Positions 50,247 through 59,486 of a stretch of DNA of 64,000 bases are shown piece after piece (the first letter of the stretch is position 1; every line of letters starts with the position of its first letter). The stretch covers positions 1,440,001-1,504,000 of the forward strand of contig CAXXUK010000001.1 in NCBI GenBank assembly GCA_963665125.2. Direction: 5' to 3'. Source of the stretch: an uncultured Desulfarculus sp. (GTDB taxonomy: Bacteria; Desulfobacterota; Desulfarculia; Desulfarculales; Desulfarculaceae). The translations under genes and the position numbers were made by a program. A model generated the notes under the pieces. That model made no database searches. It saw only the letters and a list, made by a program, of their open reading frames with translations, and had not been told where the DNA came from.

Positions 50247-51029
50247 CAAGATGGATGAGCAGTTTCTGGAAACGCCCTGGTACGGCTCTCGTCAGATGGT
50301 CCGCTGGCTCCGGCGTGAGGGGCATCGCGTGGGCAGGAAGCGGGTGGTGCGGCTGATGCGCAAGATGGGGCTTAGCCCCGTCTACCAGAAGCCCGGGACA
50401 TCCAAGCCCCAGCCGGGACACAAGGTTTACCCCTATTTACTGCGCGGGGTGGAGATAAGCGAACCCGGCCACATCTGGTGCGCCGATATCACTTATATCC
50501 CGATGAGGCGTGGTTTTCTCTACCTGGTGGCGATCATGGACTGGGCCAGCCGCAAGGTGCTGAACTGGCGACTGTCCAACACCTTGGATGCTGATTTTTG
50601 CGTGGCCGCCTTGAGTGATGCCCTGCGAAGGTTTCCCAACCCCCTGATTTTCAATACCGATCAGGGGAGCCAATTCACAAGCTTTGGCTTTACCCAGGTG
50701 CTCAAGGATGCTGAGATCAAAATTTCCATGGATGGCAAAGGCCGCTGGATGGACAATGTCATGATCGAACGCCTGTGGCGCTCTCTCAAATATGAATGTG
50801 TCTATCTGCATGCCTTTGAGACGGGAAGCGAGGCCAGGAAGGGAATCGGCTCCTGGATCGATTACTATAACCAACGGCGACCCCACTCCAGCCTGGATGG
50901 CAAAACGCCGGACGAGGCATACTGGGGCCGACCCACGACGGGATTGACCGAAGCGGCGGCATGACAACAACAAATACCATCCACCTTAACTACGCCGCCA
51001 AATTGTCTAACGATTGGGGGCCACCTCTA
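50247..51029 (+). mobile_element. Third IS3-family element, 5'-truncated (orfB part 50251-50964)
   Basis: YGSRQM, WCADITY, FNTDQGSQF, DNVMIERLWRSLKYE; right end ...TGTCTAACGATTGGGGGCCACCTCTA. Confidence 0.88.
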
Positions 51030-51948
51030 TATAGAAATTGAATATGAACGCTTTCGACGTAGTATTAAAATTGCATTCGAATTCTACTCACCTGGTTTGT
51101 GTGTAATAGATGAAATAGTGGGTGAATTTGATAAAAAATTTGGAGAATTGTTTAATCGAAAAACCGTTTTAACAAATGATCAAAAAAATACATTAAGAAA
51201 CTGTGTTGCACCGGTACTTCTTGATACGATGCATGACATAAAATACTCATATCCTTTTTACAAGGAAACAGTATCTAAGGTATTAAAAGCTAAACCATTA
51301 ATTGGTGATGTTGCCAATTATCTGAAGGTACACCCTCTGGCAGTAGCTGGAGAGTTCGCAGAGCAATATGATAAAAATATGGCTCCCTCTCTGGAAAAAT
51401 ATTATGAAGAACAAGAAGAGGAGCTTCTAGCAATGGTAATGGAAAAGGCAGAAATGGAGTCAGATATTATTAGCTGGTTATTTTCAGCATTAGGATTTGC
51501 TGTAAAAAAGCTATCGTTGCCTATGTCAGCGCTTGGAGCTGTTTGGGGACAAATCCCTTCTCATTTGCAGAAAAATATAATCACAGAAGCTCATAGAATT
51601 TCAAATAGAATTGTCACGCTAAGAGATATAACCTTGCCCATGATGAAAACAACAGATGATTTGGGTAACTTTTCGTTTGAACTGTCTATGCGCCTGGAAT
51701 CAAAACTTGGTACTGATATTAAAAATGAGGTGAAAACATTTAACGAAATGGTAAAAAAGGAGTGTATTGAATTCGGTCTACCAGGTATTATCTATCTATA
51801 TTTATTGGAAGAAATTAAAGGTAGTAATAACGATATAATTGAGCAGATAGAAGAAAAGAATGACTATGTCATGCAAAGTCAAAGTTCTGATATTGATAGC
51901 TGGTTTGTCGGAAACTGGGAAAGGTTCGCGCCATATTTCAAAGCATAA
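51030..51948 (+). pseudogene. Low-GC hypothetical protein, 5'-truncated by the IS
   Basis: The frame of the 51097-51948 ORF is open back to the IS end (YIEIEYERFRRSIKIAFEFYSPGLCVIDE...). Confidence 0.6.
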
Positions 51949-51973
51949 TCAATACGGTTAGTTTATCATAAGG

Positions 51974-53635
51974 CTAGTCCTTATCGCATTTTTCTGCGAT
52001 AAGACGAAAACCAATTTGAGCTCCACCACCTATTCTATCTTGGGTTGCCGCCATCCGCGAAGAAGACATACATCCCATGGCTAATGAACACCAAGAACCA
52101 CCACGTGCGGCTGGTGCACCTATATTCTTAGTTATATTATTAGGATCAACAATTGAGCAATAGACATTGAAAAAAATATCATAAAAGCCGTCGCAAACTT
52201 CAGCAATATTTCCATGCATGCCATATAGGCCAAAAGGGTTGCATGAAAACCGTTTAACGGTAACTTGGTATTGCTTGTTGGATTTGGTTGCGCCATCAAA
52301 GTGTTTACCTAAAATGTTAATTAAGGTAATGTGGGCATGGTAAGCAACCTGCTCGGGCGTAATTTTTTCTCCGGTATAGAAGCGTCCCGTTGTTCCTGCA
52401 CGACAGGCATACTCCCATTCTGCTTCCGTTGGAAGCCTATATCTATATTTTCCATTAGAAAATTTGTTCAGTTTTGAAATAAATTCAGCAATGTCTTCCA
52501 ATTTGTGAATACCATATGGAGTGTCATCTTTACGAATATACTGCTTTTCCATAACTTTGTCCCACTGACGCATGGTTACTTCAGTGGTTTGCATATAAAA
52601 CGGTTTTGATATTTCAACGAGATGTCTTGGATGCCCTTCCATAAAGTACATGTATGCATTTTTATCGTTGTCATGCTTTTCGAAGATGTCTGGATTATCT
52701 CTGAAACCCATCATGAATTTACCAGCCGGAATCTTAACAAATTCCATACCAATGCTATTGACGAAATAGTCCACCTGTTTCAGGTCGATGTCTATTTTTT
52801 TAGCATCATTTATTCCAATATTTATAATGCGTGTAACTGGTTTATACAGGCTTTTCCAGACCTGTAATTTATGCGGCCCTGAAAGCAAACCGTTAATTTT
52901 CATCGGAGTTAGACCAACTTCCTGGCCGTCTAGATATACTACTGAGTCTGGCTGGTTTGAATTTATTTCAAGTGAGCCGGTAGAAGCGTCAAGAAAAACT
53001 ACCAGCTTCCGAGATTGATGATCATCAAGCTGTACGCAGACCCTCTTGACTCCACAGTTAGGATGGTTTATTTCAAGGGTGTATTCACCTGGTGCCAGTT
53101 TTATGCCTGGAGAGTAATCATAAGGCGGACCAATGATACGAATTTTAGCATCAGAAGGAATTGTTTCAAAAAACAATTTGGCATAAGGGATAGGTTTTAA
53201 ATCAAAATGTAACGTAGACAGTGTGTTCGGATTAATATCTACCATTCGCGCCTGTTCGTAATAATCAGTTTTTCGTATGGTCACTCTTTGCTTACCACAC
53301 AAAATCTGTTCTTTTATAAAGGGGGTGTTCCCTTGGGGCAAATAGGAACTTATCCAGGCCTTAGCATCTGGAGGGTTGCTGGTAATTTTCAAGTTTCCGT
53401 AACATATTTCTTTTCCGGCATCTTTACGCGCTTGTATTTGATCGTTTTGGATTTTGCGATAGATGTACTCCATTTTTTCTAATGAGTTAAGGTGTGGTTG
53501 ATAATACCAGGGAATAATCTTAACTTCAGTAACTTGCTCGGCAAGGCTTTTACTGGCTGAAGGGCCAACCAGTAATATTATTAAAAAACAGACAAGCGCC
53601 AGGAAATGTATTTTATTGAAAAAACGTGCAGACAT
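51974..53635 (-). CDS. Exported PEGA-repeat plus FGE-sulfatase (SUMF1) domain protein
   Basis: Signal peptide; ITSNPPDA / TIPSDAKI / INSNQPDSVVYLDG PEGA repeats; NSIGMEFVKIPAGKFMMG, RLPTEAEWEYACRAG, GLYGMHGN, RGGSW, GFRL. Confidence 0.9.
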   Translation of the reverse strand: MSARFFNKIHFLALVCFLIILLVGPSASKSLAEQVTEVKIIPWYYQPHLNSLEKMEYIYRKIQNDQIQARKDAGKEICYGNLKITSNPPDAKAWISSYLPQGNTPFIKEQILCGKQRVTIRKTDYYEQARMVDINPNTLSTLHFDLKPIPYAKLFFETIPSDAKIRIIGPPYDYSPGIKLAPGEYTLEINHPNCGVKRVCVQLDDHQSRKLVVFLDASTGSLEINSNQPDSVVYLDGQEVGLTPMKINGLLSGPHKLQVWKSLYKPVTRIINIGINDAKKIDIDLKQVDYFVNSIGMEFVKIPAGKFMMGFRDNPDIFEKHDNDKNAYMYFMEGHPRHLVEISKPFYMQTTEVTMRQWDKVMEKQYIRKDDTPYGIHKLEDIAEFISKLNKFSNGKYRYRLPTEAEWEYACRAGTTGRFYTGEKITPEQVAYHAHITLINILGKHFDGATKSNKQYQVTVKRFSCNPFGLYGMHGNIAEVCDGFYDIFFNVYCSIVDPNNITKNIGAPAARGGSWCSLAMGCMSSSRMAATQDRIGGGAQIGFRLIAEKCDKD

Positions 53636-53735
53636 GATCCCCCCAAAGGTGAAGAGTCGCAGGATTATCGATATTTATCGGATTTAAAGGTGGTTGTTGT
53701 CAAGAGATACCGGCAATGGAGGCAACGGCCCGATC

Positions 53736-54059
53736 CTATTGATTAATAATCTCGCAAAACATCTTCACGGCCCGTAACTGGTCGGTATTCATTTCAGCCA
53801 TCGACCTTTTGACGCTGTCGCGCAACTCCCGATCGGTCAGCCTGAAATCGCCATAATCAATCAAATCAGGCAAGGGAGTTTCCAATGCCTTGGCCAGGCC
53901 TAGCAGGGTCTTGAACGTAGGATTGGCTATTCCCCGCTCGATATGCCCCATGTGTTTCAGCGAAATATTAACCACCTCCGCAACCTGCTCCTGGGTCAGC
54001 TTCCGGGATTCCCTAATGCGTCGAATTTTTTGGCCAAATGCTATTTGGGCTGGTTTCAT
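53736..54059 (-). CDS. XRE-family HTH regulator
   Basis: FGQKIRRIRESRKLTQEQVAE..HIERGIANPT; AGGAGG RBS before ATG 54059. Confidence 0.9.
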   Translation of the reverse strand: MKPAQIAFGQKIRRIRESRKLTQEQVAEVVNISLKHMGHIERGIANPTFKTLLGLAKALETPLPDLIDYGDFRLTDRELRDSVKRSMAEMNTDQLRAVKMFCEIINQ

Positions 54060-54297
54060 ATAAGCCTCCTCGAAAGAGGATAAGGTTATACCGGCGTAAT
54101 GCAAATGACTAAGAGGTTTTAAATGGCTTGCTGGAAATACCTTATATGCATATACTGGATCAAGATGAGGACATCAGGTGATATCAGGGCCGCTTGTATT
54201 GGATAGCGGTGTCCGTACTGAAGCTGTTGCACGGTGAATCTGGACTGATCATGCACCAGTATCAACATTACTTAGGGTCCAGGTAGCGGGGGGGATC

Positions 54298-55451
54298 ATG
54301 CCTGGGCAATTAACATCCATCACTAACCCGCCATACCTGCGGATTCTCCACCTAACCAACAATACCATCAGCGAAAACAAGGCATACGCCATAATTCAAT
54401 TGATAAAGAGGCAAGTTGCAAATGGAGTTAAACCCGTTTTGATAGCCATGGGGCAAAATGCTCCTCTGGTAGCTTTTCTTGATCAAGATGATATCCAATT
54501 CATTTCGTTGAACAAATCAAGCCCAAGGACCTTCTGGCGGCACTGGGCCGCTATTGAGAGGGTTATACGCCTATATAACATCAATGTAATACACGCACAT
54601 GACATAACATCCGGGATTTATTCGGCAATGGCGAGAATTCGCAATAGGGTGCCGGTGGTGCTGAATCGCCGTGATTTGAGCCGTCAGATTATTTTGGGAC
54701 CCGCATTTTGCGAAAGGCTGTTTCACAAATAAGCGCCTTCTCGGTTTGCGTATCAACGGAGATCCTGAATCAGGCCCTGAACGAGGATATGACCCCAAAA
54801 AGAAAAGCCCGCCTTATCAGGGATGGCATCGACGTTGAAGAAATAAAAAATAATAACCAGGGGCGCGAGATAGCCAGAGCGGCTCTGGGGCTGAAGCCTG
54901 AAGATGTCGTGCTTATGGCTATCGGTGGATTTTATTCGCCGGATGGAAGCCTTGAATATTTGATCAGGGCGGTTAGTCAGCTCACGGCGGAGCACCGGAA
55001 TCTCAGGCTGGTGCTGGTTGGCGATGGCCCATATCGCGGGTACATGGAAAAGCTGGTGAAGGCTCTGGTTTTGCAAAAGTATGTAATCTTTGCCGGAAAT
55101 TTGACCTCTCCTGGAAATCTTATCAATGCCGCTGACTGCTATGTGCCCGTATCCGATAACGGGCGCTGCCTGAATAATACTCTCAACGCCATGGCTTGTT
55201 CCCTGCCGGTTGTCGGCTGCACCGGAAACGGTGAATTGATGGGTGTCATCAGCAATGGCAAGACCGGTTTGATGGTTGATATTGGCGATGTGGATGATTT
55301 AGCTATGTGCCTGAATGATGTATTAAGCAAACCCCAGTTGGCCACTGCATTGGGTAATGCCGCACGAAAAGAAATTGAACGACGTTTTTCCTGGGATCAG
55401 GTTTGTATCCAATATTTAGAAGTATATAAAGACGTCACACGGAGAAATTGA
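54298..55451 (+). pseudogene. GT4 glycosyltransferase split by a frameshift near 54728
   Basis: N-half has VIHAHD. C-half has LVLVGDGP, AMACSLPVV, GKTGLMV, RFSWDQ. One extra A in CACAAATAAGC joins the frames. Confidence 0.75.
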
Positions 55452-56260
55452 GATTGGCAAAAAAGGTATGTGTAAATTGCTGGGAAAGAATTGGTCTGTT
55501 TAGTCGATTGACCTCCACGGAGTGTGTCAGATGTGGGGCATTATTACATCGAACTTGTGGGAAAATTACTATTGATTACGACCAATTTAAAATTGGTGTA
55601 ATAGAACCGGTAAAGTTTCTTTGCAATGAATGTTTTAAGGAAAACTTGCGGAAGTTTGGTGAGGAACGATACTGCGAAATATGTGCGGCAGATTTTACTG
55701 CAAATGAAAACATAATGGGTTTTCCAAGTGAGATGCCCAAAAAGTGCTCTGTGTGTGGAAGAATTGGTCACGGTGAGTGTTACAAAAAGGTGGCTAAAAG
55801 GGTAAACCCTGACATTGTATATATTTACCCATATGTGACGTCTGTGAATAAAGTTAAATATCTATGCGAGAGATGCGAGGAAGAGGCCAGGATAAAAATT
55901 GGAAGAGTAATAAATAACCTGGAAAATTGGGTTGTGGGCACAAAAGGTTAATTTGTTAGATGATACGATATTGTAAATGTAATTGGTAAGGTGGAATACA
56001 ATGAACGGGGATGCAGTGATCCCGAATGTGTAGAGTGGTTATTAACTTTATATGCAGCACAATGTGATGGAAACGCATTTATTAAGTTTTGGTGGACAAA
56101 GCATGTTGAACATAGTTCTGAAAGAGTAGTGGCCGGACATGGTCCAAAGGGAAACCCGTATTATAAAACAGAGCATAGCACGAGTGTATGGTTTACAGGC
56201 TATGCAACTGTGGTTTGTGTAGAACCAAAAGGTCGTGATAAGTCGATCTCATCTGATTGA
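55448..56260 (+). pseudogene. Cys-rich zinc-finger protein with a YbjQ-like C-terminal domain, interrupted by two in-frame stops
   Basis: ORFs 55448-55951 and 55991-56260 share a frame: ..WVVGTKG*FVR*YDIVNVIGKVEY..; multiple CxxC pairs. Confidence 0.65.
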
Positions 56261-56294
56261 TGATCTTATTAAATATTATAATGGGGAGGAAGTT

Positions 56295-56966
56295 ATGGTA
56301 AACATAGCGGGGAAATTAATGATCGCAATGACGTTCTTTGCGCTTTTGGCTGGTTGTTCCGGTGAATTGTCCAGAGGTGAAGCGGAGGATATTATTTGGG
56401 AATTTAATAAAAAAGAAAAAATGGAATCAGTGACAGTAGGCTATTACGGCAAATTTGGCAGGCCAGAAATAAAATTTGATGTGAACCATATTCCATATGA
56501 AATATCAATCAAAGGTAGCCGAAAAGAACAACTTGATTTGTCAAACTATACCATGAGCGAATTGCCGGATTATTTGCAATTCTATTTAGAAAATGATTTC
56601 ATTTCTGTAGAATTACCCAAAAAAGTTCAAACAGATAGCTATAACTATGTTTTTGCTTTATACAATGTGAAGCTTACAGATAAAGCGATGCCATTTTTTG
56701 TAAAATTATACAGACCCCAAGATAGTATGCGATCTAACCAAATCAATGTTGAAATAATCGATAGGAAATTAGACAAAGTCGATGTTACAGGCATTGTTGG
56801 TGATGATAGACAAGCTATTGTTCAAGCCACGATAATTTACAAAAAAACTGATATTTCCAATTCAGAAAAAGAATACAGCGAATATAAGAAGAAACTTCAA
56901 TTTTTGAAATATGATGATGGATGGAGAATCGGAAAAGTAATTAATTCGTCCACCATTGACTGGTAA
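56295..56966 (+). CDS. Hypothetical lipoprotein, low GC
   Basis: GGGGAGGA RBS, lipobox LAGC, C-terminal KYDDGWRI. Confidence 0.75.
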   Translation: MVNIAGKLMIAMTFFALLAGCSGELSRGEAEDIIWEFNKKEKMESVTVGYYGKFGRPEIKFDVNHIPYEISIKGSRKEQLDLSNYTMSELPDYLQFYLENDFISVELPKKVQTDSYNYVFALYNVKLTDKAMPFFVKLYRPQDSMRSNQINVEIIDRKLDKVDVTGIVGDDRQAIVQATIIYKKTDISNSEKEYSEYKKKLQFLKYDDGWRIGKVINSSTIDW

Positions 56967-57027
56967 AAACAGATATCGTTCATAAACATAAAGACATAGG
57001 TAAAAAGGCATCAAGTTAATCTTGATG

Positions 57028-57166
57028 TGTCCTAGTCACTAAATGCGTTGACAGTTTGGCCTTCCGGCAGATGGTTTAGGTTACTACGCTGCGTCCTCGA
57101 TTTCTATCCCTTCATGGACATGCCTTTGATACAGTTCCAGGCCGTCGGTAAAGGTCTGGAAAGGGG
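57028..57166 (-). mobile_element. IS481-family right end with the last ~26 transposase codons, cut by IS3 copy 4
   Basis: TGTCCTAGTC...GCGTTGACAG terminus; minus-strand PFQTFTDGLELYQRHVHEGIEIEDAA*. Confidence 0.65.
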
Positions 57167-58422
57167 TGATCCAGCCCAGTTTTGACGGACACGCGTTTAA
57201 GCGAGTAAATTGCTTAACGGAGGTGTTCTATGCCATCACAGAAGAGCCAGAAAAAATCCACCAGGCGGCGCTATTCGCCGGAATTCAAGATTGAGGCGCT
57301 GGGCTTGGCCGAGCAAGTGGGCGTGACTGGTGCTGCCAAGCAGCTTGGCCTGCATGAGTCCCAGGTTTATGCTTGGCGCAAGAAAGCCCGATATGAGGCA
57401 AGCCGCAGTGAGACCGAGAAGGAACTGGCGGTGGAAAACGCCCGGCTGAAGCGGCAGCTTGCCAAGCAGGCCGAGGAGATTGAAATCTTAAAAAAGGCAA
57501 GCGCGTACTTCGCGAAAAGCCTGAAGTGAAGTACGCGTTCATGCAGCAAAACGCAGGCACATACAGCATCACGGCGCAATCCGAGGCCTTTGGCGTATCG
57601 CGTGGCGGGTATTATGGCTGGCGGCGCAGGTTGCAAAATCCCAGCCAAAGGCAGGTGGAGCGTGAGAGGCTCGATCACCTGGTGAAAGAAGCCTTTGAAG
57701 TTCGCAAGGGCCGTAGCGGAGCAGTTGGGCTGACTCTCGATCTTGATGAGCAGGGCTGCAAATACAACCGCAAAACAGTGGCCAAAAGCATGAATAGGCA
57801 GGGCCTTGTAGCTAAAGCGGGCAGGAAGTTCAAGGCCACCACGGATTCGGATCACGGTAGGCCGGTGGCTCCAAATCTGTTGGCCCAGGACTTTAGCGCA
57901 ACCGCTCCAAATCAGAAGTGGGTCTGCGACATCACCTACCTTTGGACCGGCGAGGGCTGGTTGTATCTGGCAGTGGTGCTCGACCTGTTTTCGCGCATGG
58001 TGGTGGGCTGGGCCATGGATAAGCGTATGAAAGAAGACCTGGTCTGTGACGCATTGCAGATGGCCTTGTGGCGGCGGCATATGCCCAAAGGTGTGATGGT
58101 CCATTCGGATCGTGGCAGCCAGTACTGCTCCCGGAAATACCAGGCCCTCTTGGCCAAACGTGAACTGGTTTGCAGCATGAGCGGTAAGGGCAACTGTTAT
58201 GACAACGCCGTGGCCGAAAGCTTCTTCCATACCCTCAAGGTGGAGTTGGTTCATGGCGAAAGCTTCGCCACTCGACAGGACTTACGCCGGGCCGTATTCG
58301 AGTATATCGAGGTTGACTACAACCGTAACAGGAGGCACAGTGCCAATGGCTACATCAGCCCGCTGGCCTTTGAAAACCAAATTGTCGCTTAACCAACTGT
58401 CCGTTGTTGATGGGCTGGATCA
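57167..58422 (+). mobile_element. IS3-family element, copy 4 (1256 bp; orfA 57230-57529, orfB 57526-58392)
   Basis: Both IRs, intact ORFs, A6G frameshift site. Confidence 0.95.
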
Positions 58423-58570
58423 CCCGGCTGCAGGACATGGGGGTGGACAGCCATCTAATCTCTTCGGCCCTCACCATGGTCATGGCCCAGCGCCGTTGTC
58501 GATGGGCTGGAAAAGCACATCAGCGGCGCATTTGGGCTCGCAGCCACTGGTAGGCCGGGTGCTGCGTTGA
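58423..58570 (+). pseudogene. Internally deleted C-terminal scrap of a PilB/GspE ATPase
   Basis: RLQDMGVDSHLISSALTMVMAQR, followed in another frame by DGLEKHISG. Confidence 0.55.
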
Positions 58571-58613
58571 ATAAGGCCGGGGGAAATTATATGCAATCCC
58601 CCGGCCTTATTCA
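58569..58613. terminator. Terminator hairpin downstream of the DUF4198 gene
   Basis: GAATAAGGCCGGGGGA...TCCCCCGGCCTTATTC. Confidence 0.75.
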
Positions 58614-58642
58614 TTCTTTACCCGAATTTGATCTGCTGTATC

Positions 58643-59437
58643 CTAGCGGTCAATACTAAAGGTCAGGGAGGAATTAATGATTAAATCATCGGCCTTTTTA
58701 GGGTCCGGGTGATCGGCTTTGTTGCTCACCCTGACCACCCAATACCCTTCCTTCAGCGGTATGAAGTCAATACGTCCTTGGCCGTCGGTTTTCCCGGCAA
58801 AGGCCTGGCAACCCTTATCGGAGAAGCCGCCAAAAGTAGCGTTCACCGCCGCGGCCTTGACAGGTTTGCCGTCCAACAGCACCAACAGGGGCATTTTATC
58901 GCCCACCTTGACTTTGGCCGGGTTGACCAGGGGCACTATCTCCAATTGTTGACCTACGGGCTTGCTGATGAAATCGTCGTCCGTGGCGCCCTTTACGTTG
59001 GCAATGGTCTTGCCGAGCATGATGGCTTCTTCCACGTATGCGGCGTCGGGCCGCTGGATCCGGTCGCTCTGGGCCCAGCCCTCGGGGCCGTTGGACCAGA
59101 AGGTGGGCTTATAGTAGCCCAGCACCAGATAGCTGCCTTTTTTAAGGTCGATTTTCTTTTGATAGGCGTAGTTCTCGCCAACTTGGTCCAGAGTAACTTT
59201 TCCGTCCGGGGTCGCCAGCACCAAGGGATCGAAAATATGAATCCTGTCGGCCGCTATGGGCTCCAATTTGGGGAAGCTGTGCCCATAACCGATATCGGCC
59301 TTGAAAACGTCCCCTTCGGGCTGCTGGGCCACGACCCATAGCTCGTGGGCCTGGGCCGGTAGAGCGTTGGCGAGACACATGGCGGCCAGGCAAAGGATAG
59401 CCGCCCTCAAAAAACTCTTAATTGTCAGCGATGTCAT
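58643..59437 (-). CDS. DUF4198 domain periplasmic protein (metal-uptake associated)
   Basis: Signal peptide ending AQA-HELWV, IGYGHSFP, GQQLEIVPLVNP, TDGQG..F.PLKEGYW. Confidence 0.85.
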   Translation of the reverse strand: MTSLTIKSFLRAAILCLAAMCLANALPAQAHELWVVAQQPEGDVFKADIGYGHSFPKLEPIAADRIHIFDPLVLATPDGKVTLDQVGENYAYQKKIDLKKGSYLVLGYYKPTFWSNGPEGWAQSDRIQRPDAAYVEEAIMLGKTIANVKGATDDDFISKPVGQQLEIVPLVNPAKVKVGDKMPLLVLLDGKPVKAAAVNATFGGFSDKGCQAFAGKTDGQGRIDFIPLKEGYWVVRVSNKADHPDPKKADDLIINSSLTFSIDR

Positions 59438-59486
59438 GTTTTTCTTCTCTCCGTCGTGTGTTGACATTATTTTGGCTTGATTCGCC

